From positions 6,078,564 to 6,142,563 of the forward strand of contig CAVNZM010000004.1 in the NCBI GenBank assembly GCA_963693365.1: a stretch of 64,000 nt of DNA, read 5' to 3'. How positions within the stretch are numbered: position 1 is the first letter of the stretch; each line of letters begins with the position of its first letter. Below are positions 1-30,485 of this stretch, in pieces. The stretch comes from Amoebidium appalachense. Lineage: Eukaryota > Protista > Ichthyosporea. A model generated the notes under the pieces. The model was not told the DNA's origin. It saw nothing but the letters and a program-made list of their open reading frames with translations, and ran no database searches. Both the position numbers and the translations under genes were made by a program.

Positions 1-683
1 GATAGCGCCCGGCTGCGGCCGATGAATGCCCTCACCTCGGCCTGGGCCCTCTGTGCCGCCACCTCGGGATCTTCATCCGCATTCCTTGTATTCCTTTTTG
101 CTGTGCTCTTTCGTGGTTCCAGCTTATTGGCCGGCGGCGCGGATTTGGACTTGGGGGCGGGTTGCTCGGATTGGCGTTCAGATGGGGGTGAAACGGGGGT
201 TTGGATTTGTGACGTCACTCGGTGTGGCTCGGAGCACGTGGACATGTGCGAGAGTTCATCGTTACTGTCCTCCCTGCAAGGCCATGTGATTGGTCAGTTA
301 AAATAGTTAAAATAGCAATGGAAGGGGGATGACTGGGCGCATTAACGGCATCACCAAGACGCAGATCTACCCACTATGTCTTTGAATATCTCTCCGGCGA
401 CACACGCGTTTTATTCTCGTGCGTAGTGTGGTGTGGTATCTATGTGCGGGCATCATGAGAACACACTTGTATATGTATGTGTGGTGCACGTGTGTGTGTG
501 CCCGCGCGCGTGCATGTAGTGAGTACTTACTGCATGGAGACTGGGGTTGTGTCAGCCTGGTGGTAGCTGAGGGAGTCATGTCCAGGGTTGTGTGTGTCTG
601 GCTTGGATTTGCTCTCGTGTAGGGCAACACTTAGCTGCTTGCGGTGCAGCTCTGCCACCCTGTGTGTGTGTACGTGTGTGTGT

Positions 684-719
<36 letters not shown>

Positions 720-1527
720 GTATGGTATCCATTGGTTTGTCAGCACATGCAAGCGAAAAAACCAAAAGTTTGCAATTGAGAGGAGAAAACTTTTGTGCAG
801 ACGGGAGGAAGGAGAGAGGGCAGGCACGATCATCCAGTGAAGAGTTCACGTGGATCCTTCGTACCATTTCCCTCCCGTCGCCTTCTCTTCTTGTCTTTCT
901 TTCTTTTTGAGAGGCCAAACCCGGGTGGAAGCGGTTGCCGATGGAAAGGGAGTGGGGAAGGGGGGAAGGGGTCATTGTATGTGATCTCAGGGTGTGAGCG
1001 GCCTGTGTGGGGGCTGGGGGGTAACGTACTGGTTTGATGAGAGGTGGGCCAGCAGCTCAAATAGCTGGCTGGAGGCATGATGGCTGAGCTTGGGCCCGTC
1101 ACTACCCGCTGCAAGGGTAACCGTGAGAGTCTGGTTATGCGGGGAAGGTGATTTGTGTTTGGGTGGATGGGTGGGGGTTAAGGACCTTGAAAGGAATTTA
1201 AAGAGCAACCCTTAATATATTTCCTTGAAATGATTCCCAAACTATCAAACCCATTCGTTTCCATCTTGCCTTTCAGTCCCCCATCCCTCTAACCCCTTTT
1301 CGCATTTTCTCACCCTTCTTTCCCCTCTCACATTAGTTCTTTTCCTCCTAGTTTTTTGCCACTATATACTAGTGATTGTGGTGTTTTCATAGTCAAATAG
1401 TTATTTATATTCATATTTCATTTATATTCATGAAGTTCATATTTAGATAGTTACCTCTGCCAATCCAGTCATCCAGACCGTCCAGCTCGGCCACAGGGAT
1501 CTGCATGTACGTGTCCACATCAGCCAT
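1..1527 (-). CDS. Unknown protein, 5' part of a spliced gene running off the window start
   Basis: Phase-consistent GT-AG exons 1527-1455 (MADVDTYMQIPVAELDGLDDWIGR), 1108-1030 (AGSDGPKLSHHASSQLFELLAHLSSNQ), 659-531 (VAELHRKQLSVALHESKSKP...) and 273-<1 (EDSNDELSH...PEVAAQRAQAEVRAFIGRSRAL, open to the edge). An acceptor near 1555 implies an upstream, possibly non-coding exon, so the ATG is tentative. No family recognised. Confidence 0.7.
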
Positions 1528-4053
1528 CCTGTCGCACTGCGGGAATGTCCGCCTGCTGCAAAAAAAAAAGTGCATGCACTGTAAGCAACTACTTTGACCA
1601 CCCTGTCTCCCACTGCTATCCTTTCCGAATATATGTTGTGGTTGTGGTGCACCTTTAGAGATGTGTGTTGTGGTTGCTAGCGAGTTCCTTTCAGTCCCGT
1701 TGTGCTATGCACATTTTGTTTTGTTATGAAGCCCACAATAATGAGGGAGTTTTTGTGAATGAATCAATAGGTGTGTTGTGTTGTGTGTACTTCCGTGTTC
1801 ATGTCCATGAGGGCGCGCGCGTGTGTGTGTGGTTGTGTGTATGCGCGCGCGCTCACGGACGCACAGCCGGTGTGTTTGTGAACACGTCCACGTTCATTAG
1901 TTTGCTGAGGAATACTTGAACATAAGAAACAGTGAAGTCGTGACCTATGTCATATGAGACAGCCTCTCCAGTGCACGACTATGGTTCTAAGTAGGTTCTT
2001 AATGAATATGAATCCCATTCAAGTCTGCTGGCACAACCAACCTCTGTATATTAAAAAAGAAGAGGACTACGTTGTTTCTGTAATTCCAACACACTCAGCG
2101 GGCACAGTGTGTCGGTGTGCTGCCTGAAAAAAACGACTAGTCTACCTACAAGGTACTCTAGCAACAGAAATAAGAAAGGAGCTGGACACACTGCGTGCAA
2201 CTACATGATAGGGTTTATACGACGGAAGCTATAGGGTTTATACGACGGAAGCTGAGTGACTATTCATACGTTTTCTTGCTGCTGCTGTCCGCTGTTTGGC
2301 TCTTAGGTGCTTCACTTCATACTACTGTGCTACTAGTGGCACGAGCTGTTACTATCATTGTGGTGTACCTTTCAGAGAAGCTTCCACCTAATGCCATTTG
2401 CAGGCCGATTGTATCCTGCCAATACTCGGTAATTGATTCAACCACACAGACGCGAGCAATTATCGAAGCCAAAGTTTTGCATCCGCTCTGGCAACTTTGT
2501 TGTGACATATGTATCGGGTCAGTGTGAGCAAGGCCTGGAGAGGGGACATACTGTTCTTGGGGCGAGGTCATGCTGTAGGTGTACTATCAGGGCGTGGGGT
2601 ATCGACCCACGGCATCTCTCTCATTCCTACAATTAGCCTGCACACGTTTTTTAGAGGTCTCCAGGGTCTTTTTGCTGGGAGACGCGGGCACGCACCATTT
2701 AGTTCCTCGGCAACTGCAACGGAATAACATTGACAGAGAGCACAGTCAGTCGAATGGGATAAGGCCAAAAGGGTTTTGGTGAGGAGTTGGTGATGATGAT
2801 GGCTGTTGCGGGGACTCTAGGGAGGAAATTTAGTGCACCAATCGGCAAAAACAAGATGTGCCAAGATACTTACTGATTGGTGGAGATCTAATGCTAAATA
2901 TTAGCGGCAATGTAACCTCTACCAAAATGCGTTTTAATTGGCTCTCTGAGTGCACTTCATACTAGATGTCGTCACACCAAACTATCCGGAGTTTCCTATA
3001 TGGTCAATATCACGGATAAACAAAGGAGAAGCAACCGTGAAATATGTTCATCTTGATCGGTGCATCATGCATGAATCAAATGTCTGATAATAGAGCATTT
3101 TCCTTAGAAAGGCTCATATATATCTGCTTTTGTAAACAGCTGTGCAAATAAAAGAATAAATTTGCTGGTCATAGAATGGTTTTAGGTTTTATGGTCTTTT
3201 TACACACCGTGAACTGTTGAACGTGTGCCAAGTTGAAAATAGCCGCTAGCAAGTTGAAGGGACTCCTGCTCAAGGGAGACGCTAGGGAATTTGGGATTGG
3301 ATTCTTTTCTAACCACTCAAATATCCGGTGAGCTGTAGGCCAATGGGTATGGCCTGTTACTTTCGTCTGCCCTGAATCAGCTGAATCTGCCCGGCCGATT
3401 CTGGCCACGGTTTGACCACAATAAAAACCATGATTCAATAATATAGCGCATGGAAATCGATACAAACTGATGTTAATAAAGAATTCGCTTGTAAAAAAGC
3501 ACCTACATAACCATAAGCTTTCAAGTATTTATATCTGAAAGCATGCGAATATCTCTGCCCGTGAGATCTTGATATGATATGATGATACAAGAATCTACAT
3601 TGTAACAAGATAACTTGTGCAGCGATTTCATTGGCTTGTTAGTTTCTGGCGGAATTTTGAGAATTCCTCAGAGTCGTTGTGAGAAGTTGAACAAGCAAAT
3701 CATTGCTGCACTGCCGACGTGCATGTCGCCGGCGGTGCATGCGCACGGGGCGCTCAGTTGAGTCACCGGCGAGTGGAACATCCACATCGGTACCGGCCCC
3801 AGCTGGCGCTGCCAAGTCACGGGGTGTTTGATGCTTGTTAAAAAATCATGTGGACCTATGTATACATACAGTTGTACGAGGTTTGGGACCCAAAGTGTCA
3901 TAATATGCATATTAAAGGGGGGGAATGTGCTGTTTATTAACGACATATTGGCAGGCTGTGATGAGTTAAAATAAGATACTGGCAGCCGAATGCGGGGCTC
4001 CCGTCTGCTAAAAAGGGGCTAGAGGCCATGCCCCTCTCGCAAAAAACGTTTTT

Positions 4054-4090
4054 ATGCATGTGCTTGTGTTGAAGTGCGTGCTGTGTGTCA

Positions 4091-4161
<71 letters not shown>

Positions 4162-5498
4162 CGTGTCACAATAACGGTGCGTGCACGCGTGTGTAGTCTA
4201 TTAGATCTACGGTGTGTGTGGGTGGGCGGTGTGTATATGGGTGTATATCATGGTGTGTGTCTGGTGTGCACGTGTGTGTGTGCGCGCGTGTGTGTGATTT
4301 AATTGCGTGTGTGCGTGTGTGTGTGTGTGCACGTGTGTGTGCATCTTGGTGTGTGTGTGTGTGCGTGTGTGACTGTGTGTGTGTGTGTGCACGAGAAAGA
4401 GATTGAGGGTGTGTGTGTGTGTGTGTATGTGTATGTGTTTGTGTTTCTGCCGGTGCGTCCTTTTTTTTTTTTTTTTTTTCTTTTTTGGGGGGGGGGGGGG
4501 GGGGGGGGGGAGGGGGGAAGGGTGTTGATAAACACTCTTCCCACGGCAAGTTGGGACACTGAAAGAGTTTCTTTGTAGATGGGTGGCCATATTATGGTTT
4601 TAGACACATGACCAAAACAAAAATTGCAGGATGGGGGTTCCACCCTAGTGGTACGGTGTGGGCATGTTTCATCCACAACGCAGGCAGGCTCGGAGAAAAA
4701 GACGTGGGTATGGTTGACTCCCCTACCTTGGGGGGAAAATTTAATCACCATATGCCCATTTCCAGAAGGACACTGCACCACCTGCAAGCAATTGAAAACT
4801 GTCAGCATGTGTGTTTGTTTTGCACATTCAGTGTGTGTGTGTGTGTGTTGAGTGGATGTGTGTGCAGATTGTGTATGTGTGTGTGTATGTGTGTGTGACT
4901 GTGCTTGTGCGGAGTGTGCGTGTATGGGTTGTGTGCTTGTTATTGTGTGTGTATGTGGGTGGGTTTGTGTGCGTATGTACACGTGTGCAGATGCTTTTGC
5001 CTATAAAAGCAACGTGTGCGTTATGTGCGTGCCAGCAGACAAGTGTGTGAGCAAGCTTTGCTTGCACGTGTTTATGACTTGTCAACATTCAAGTGTGTGC
5101 GTATGTGTGCACACGTGTGTGCTTGTGTGTGTGTTTGTGTTTGTGGGTGTGGGTGTGCGATGTGTGTCTGTGTTTTTCTTTTTGGTTCGTGGTGTTTGTG
5201 GTATTCTGTTAATGCTTATGCTTGCCCATGTGTACGCGTGTCATGCACGTTTGTGTATGAGTGTGCATGCGTGTGTGTATGAGTGTGCATGTGTGTGTGT
5301 CTGTGTGTGTCACGGTGTGTGTATGTGTGTGTGTGTGTGTGAACGAGCGTGTGCACGTGTGCGGATCTGGTTGCCTGCACGTGTGTGTATGTGTGCATGG
5401 TGCGCATGTGCGTCGTGTAAATGTTTGCCCATGTGCGCGCGTTTCAGTCATGCACGTGTGTGTATGTGTGTGCAGACGTGTGTGTCTCTTTGTGTGTA

Positions 5499-5551
<53 letters not shown>

Positions 5552-5675
5552 TGCATGTGCACGTGTCAATGTTTGCCCATGTGCGCGCCTTTCAGTCATG
5601 CACGTGTGTGTATGTGTGTCCAGGCGTGTGTGTCTCTTTGTGTGTGTATGTCACTGTGTGTGTGTGTGTGTGTGT
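4054..5675. repeat. Degenerate (GT)n/(GTGC)n microsatellite block with an internal tandem duplication
   Basis: Long TG dinucleotide arrays. The unit 'tgtttgcccatgtgcgcgc.tttcagtcatgcacgtgtgtgtatgtgtgt' occurs twice (~5422 and ~5570). Confidence 0.85.
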
Positions 5676-6589
5676 TATGAGATGGGCCGCCTTAACTTAC
5701 AACCAACTCAGTTACTGGCTCAGTGACTGCACCTACTACACTCGTACATGTGCACGCGAAATGATGCGCGAGGTATCCTTAACTGAATAATAATACAGTA
5801 CATGCGGTGGCGCCATCCGTGACTAGCGCAGCTCGTTTGACTTAGTACCATTGGGACGGTTCAAGAGTCATGATCAACGGGGCTCAGCCCCAGGCCCCTT
5901 CTATCTGCCTAGCCTAGGCCCTGCTCTCAGTTCGATTTCTGTGCCGGCCAGGAAGCTTCGAGAGCCTCTGTGGATGAGATGTATAGTATGTGTATACCTC
6001 AGGGACTCAGATTAGAGGCTGATACTCTCATGTTGCATTATCAGTTTTCAAGTTGCTGGAGTTCTGGAAGGATCATGCATGTGCCATAAGATCATGAATG
6101 AGATAGCCGGCCAGATCTGGAGTGGACGAGTCTCTTTTTCCTAGTTTGTAGGCCTTTTGAAATGAGGCCTCTTGATCGATATCACTCTTGCATGAGTATC
6201 ATAGAGGCTACGTGTACGCATGCACGTTGAACTTCTTCATATACTACCATAAACGAGGCCTAAGGCTTGTACTTGTGACTGCATGCATGCGTGCATGCAA
6301 CCTGTGCAACTTACTGTCAGCCCCGGCACCTTTTACATTGTCAAGCAAGGCGTTGCCAAATGCAAATTCTGCGGGGCAAAAAAACGTTCAAATTGGTGTG
6401 CCCGTTCATGATTGATCATTCTAGCTCGTGCATGTCGTCACATGTTCAAGCCACGGTATGTATTGCATAGGAAATGTGCAAGAAATACACATGTCACGGT
6501 CAGGATCCCCATCAACCTCAGGCCGGAAGTTAGTTCTGTATATCATTTGCAGTGCTCGAGAATCTATGCCGCATGATATATCTCATTGA

Positions 6590-6734
6590 CTTCTCTCTCT
6601 TAGCTAGAGAGCTCTCTCCGTACCTCTCCCTCCCTCCCCCCCCTCCCTCCCTCCCCCTCCCTCCCCCCCCCCCCCCCCCCTCTTTCTCTCTCTAGATCTC
6701 TCTCTCTCTCTCTTTCTCTCTCTCAGCTCTCTCC

Positions 6735-6784
<50 letters not shown>

Positions 6785-7129
6785 CTTTCTCTATCTCCCT
6801 CTCTCTCTCTCTCTCTCTCTCTCCCCTCACACATACACACACACACACACACGTGCACACACACACACACTCTCTCTTTTGAGTCATCCCTCTCTCTCCC
6901 CCCCCTCTCTCTCGGATCCCCCCCCCCCTCTCCCTCTCTCTCTCCCTCCCCCCCCCTCCCCTTCTTTCTAGATCTCTGGTCTCTCGCTCTCCGTGCATGC
7001 GCATTCGAAGTTCTTTAGAGTCTCTCCTTCTCTCCCTCCCTCCCTCTCTTTCTCCGACTCTCTCTCTCTAGCTCTTCCTCTCTCCCTCTCTTCCCTCACT
7101 CACTCATTCACTCTCACCCACTCACTCTC

Positions 7130-7178
<49 letters not shown>

Positions 7179-7320
7179 TCTCTCTCGGCTCGAGTCTCTC
7201 TTGATATCAATAGCTATCTTTCTCTCCCTCCTCATCAGGCAGAGAGAGGCTCTCGAGCTCGCTCTCTTTCCGGCCCTCTCTCTCAAGTCTCTTTCTCTAG
7301 ATCTCCCTCGCTCACAGCAG

Positions 7321-7382
<62 letters not shown>

Positions 7383-7454
7383 CCTTCATCCCCCCCTCCA
7401 CCCCCCCCCCCCCCCCCCCCCCACACACACACATAGCTCGAGCTCTCATGATCA

Positions 7455-7491
<37 letters not shown>

Positions 7492-7606
7492 CCCCCCTTC
7501 CCCCCGCCCGGCCCCTTCTGTCTCAGATCTAGCTAGATCTCACTCACCCACTCGAAATTCAATATCCACTCTCACTCTGTCACACACGCAGTCACGCCTG
7601 CGCGCG

Positions 7607-7687
<81 letters not shown>

Positions 7688-7700
7688 TTCTCTCTCTTTC
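6590..7700. repeat. (CT)n / poly-C / (CA)n low-complexity block interrupted by short palindromes
   Basis: Read directly from the sequence; see the finding on palindrome saturation. Confidence 0.85.
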
Positions 7701-7724
7701 TCTGCGACATGGTGTTGTGACAAT

Positions 7725-7730
7725 TTTATT
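7725..7730 (-). promoter_or_regulatory. Candidate polyadenylation signal of COPG
   Basis: AATAAA on the minus strand ~500 nt downstream of the COPG stop, at the end of unique AT-rich sequence just before the microsatellite block. Confidence 0.35.
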
Positions 7731-8235
7731 GATCAGTTATCCATATAGTCAATTATTATATCTGCCAACCAAGTAAACACACACAAGAAAACAGCAGCCG
7801 TGAGACCCCTTCCCCTTTCAAGAAACAAAACACGTTCTCCTCTCCACACACACAAAATTTATAGATATAGTCCAGTCCAATAAAAGAAAAGAAAAATGCA
7901 TGCTCTTTTCTGTACAAGAAATAATATGGGGGGCAAGTGTCTGTTTTTGGTTGATGTGATGATATTGTACCTATACTCTCATCATTCTACTCTAGTCTAG
8001 TCTGTCGCATATGCATATGCCCCACCACTTGAACACCCCCACTCCGCATATACCGAAAAGAAAGGACGTGAGAGAGTTTCAAATCCTGTCACGTGTGGCT
8101 CCCTCCCTAACCAATCGCTATGGGCAATCTATGCCCATCTTTCTTCTCTCTCTCCATGAACTATATATGAATGATTATCTCAGAACAACATAAACAGTAA
8201 ACCTTGACACACATCACGAGTATAAAGGAATATGT

Positions 8236-27787
<19,552 letters not shown>

Positions 27788-29466
27788 TTTCGAAGCTTCT
27801 CTGCTACACACAGTTGCCGAGAGTGCCTAATAAAATGGGAGAAATAACTTATGAAAGGCAAAAAAGGGAGTGCACGTGCGTGAACGCGCCACTACCCCTG
27901 TTTGTATGCTCTCTCTCACCCTACACAGGCTCCTCTATTCCTGACCACACACACTGACACTGGCGTCTTTCCCTCTGGAGCTTAGCCTAACAGCGTCACA
28001 CTTCCAGGACAGAACTACTGTTAGGAGAACCAGTAACAGCGTTTGCTGGTCTTTCTTTACAAAATTATGACACCAGCCTAAATGTATGGCCAGCCCTAAA
28101 ACATGGGATTATAATCCTTCACCCAGCGAACTCGGAACTTGGCAAACGCAGCTGCTCAGAGCTCGTTGCTATGCCTTCAATTTTTTTGGGTCACACGGCC
28201 CTGTACTTGTAGCCAATCAGACAGAAGCAGAACTAGCTATATAGGGCAGGTGCTAGATTTCAGCAGGCAACCATTTCGGGTCGATCCAAGCCAGATCGCG
28301 ATCGTGTCGTTCTCGACCCGGCCCGTGGCTGCTGGGTCGCCTGCAGTACTACTGTCTGTAGTCCCGGACCACGGCCCTCTGAAAAAGCGGACGCGGGCGC
28401 AGAGGTCACCCTTAATAAAAAATCTCGTCTGAAGTTTTTCAAAGGGTGTGCTTGTGTTCCGCAGGTGACAGCTACAGTTTCAGTGTAGCGACGCCTTATA
28501 ATGAACCAAACCTGCTCTCAACATGTGGCACAATGGCACAAACTCAGTCCAGCACCAGCCGTTGTGCACTCGCGATGGGCGATGTGGCAGACGTAAGAAA
28601 GTAGCACACAATTGCAACAACATAACGCTTATTATGAACGGCACATCATCATAATAACCCCATAATCACACTTTTATGGTGGATCTTGTAGACCAACGTA
28701 TATTCCTATTTTTTTTAAAAAATTTTTTATAATATGTTGGTGACTAGCTAGTTCAGAAATTACTTCGACAAATGACATAATAATAGAACCTGCAGCTGGA
28801 AATGACGTGTTCCATATGGCCCTTCTCTTCAATGTGATGCTGAACGATTTGGTAACGGCATGCTATGAACACGATCTTTTTAATGATTCTTCTGCATGGT
28901 GAGGCATCACCACTGCACTGGACGAGCTGTTACTGGTGTTTCACCGAAAGCGGCCGTAACCAACCAGAATTGAAAAGAATGGTTCAAGTAGGTATACCTT
29001 GGCACAACGTAGTTCCCCTACTAAGACGTCTGCACACATGTATCGTCGTACCATTCCCGATGGACCAGAAAGACCACATTGTGCTGGTGTTCGGTTCTTG
29101 TTGGAATGTATTTCTACGATGGCCACTTTAACCAACTGGCAGCCCAGTGGCCACAGTCTTTACGCTGCTCCAAACTTTCCACAGATGTAGAAGCACACGA
29201 CATACCTATGTTCATCATTTTAGAGCGCTGCCGCGTAAACATTATTTTAGAGCACTGCACGTAAACACGTCTGGGCCACTGCACAACGCACATGGCGAGG
29301 ACAGAATACCAGCACATAAGTAACGCGTATGCGTGCAGAATACCACTGTTTATGTCGACATGTCGAACAATAAACAGACACGCCGGAACACACACACACA
29401 CACACATTCACGCACACACAAGCACGCACGCACTCGAAGTATGTACGAAACGCGGCACGCCTGCTC

Positions 29467-29516
<50 letters not shown>

Positions 29517-29917
29517 CACGCACACACACACGCACACACACACAGACAGACATGCACACACACACACACGCATGCGCAAACACGCGCAGGCATATTCACA
29601 CAGGCGCGCACGCCCTCGCACGCATGCACACGTGCACACGTGTATATGCACACACGCGCACGTCACCTACAGTGGCATTGTACCGTGCAGTGTTTGCAAC
29701 AAGGCTGGGGTTGCACGGTGAGCTTGCTCGGTTTGTTGCCGGAGCCTGTAATCTCTGTATGTACGTTTTTTTTTGGTTTTGCCAACGGTTTTTCTCGGCG
29801 GACATTCGGAATGTTGAAAAAGCCATGTTTATTTATCGCAAGACCCAATCGCCAGCCGTGTACCGATCAGGATCGATTATCATTGGTGTGACAAAAAAAG
29901 CCGCCATCCGCCGCCAG

Positions 29918-30127
29918 CAGGGTGTGAAACTGGTTTTTGGTCTGCCTGGATGGCCCTAATAGGACCACCAACGATTTTTGGGAGGTATTTCTTTCATATT
30001 TTTGGCTGTATTAGTGCCACTGGTTGAAAAGTTGATGGAACTAACCTAACATAATTATTTAGTGACATTTTTGGAGGTGCCAGGGACAAATCTGTAGCCA
30101 TAGACCCCCCCGTAATTTCACAGCCTG
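29918..30127. mobile_element. Non-autonomous hAT-like DNA transposon (MITE), 210 bp
   Basis: Terminal inverted repeats CAGGGTGTGAAA ... TTTCACAGCCTG (11/12 match) flanked by 8-bp direct repeats GCCGCCAG (29910-29917) and GCCGCCAC (30128-30135). AT-rich non-coding interior. Confidence 0.75.
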
Positions 30128-30411
30128 GCCGCCACGATCAAATACATGTGATGTCCAGCTGTTATCTAACATACTTATTTAAATGTATCCAATACTTTAT
30201 AAGCTTCGCCGCTAAGATTGTGAAATTTCTAGAGCTGTGTTTCAAACGGGTTTCCACTGCTAGAATCATTGCTACACATACAGCGGCGAGGTGCGACACT
30301 GCAGGCGTGAAGGCTTCGTCGCGTACCTAACCGCCATTCCGGGACGGCATGTTAGGCCATATTCGCCCAGCTTTTGATTGGTTTGTGATCGGGAGATCCA
30401 TCTGATATGAG

Positions 30412-30485
30412 CAAGGCCTCCTAAATACCACACCATATTTAGGAGGCCTTGGATATGAGCAAGGTGTGGTATTTAGGAGGCCTTG
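30412..30485. mobile_element. Minimal palindromic DNA-transposon derivative (P- or hAT-type, 8-bp TSD GATATGAG)
   Basis: GATATGAG at 30404-30411, 30452-30459 and 30486-30493 separates a 40-bp unit CAAGGCCTCCTAAATA-CCACACCA-TATTTAGGAGGCCTTG from a 26-bp unit. The outer 23-bp inverted repeat (30412-30434 vs 30463-30485) is perfect. Confidence 0.75.

Noticed and set aside
28100-29300. Coding-like fragments on the minus strand (e.g. RHDRDLAWIDPKWLPAEI, VVFLVHREWYDD)
   Set aside because: Interrupted by stops with no confidently recognisable domain. Possibly a decayed transposon, but not supportable without a search.
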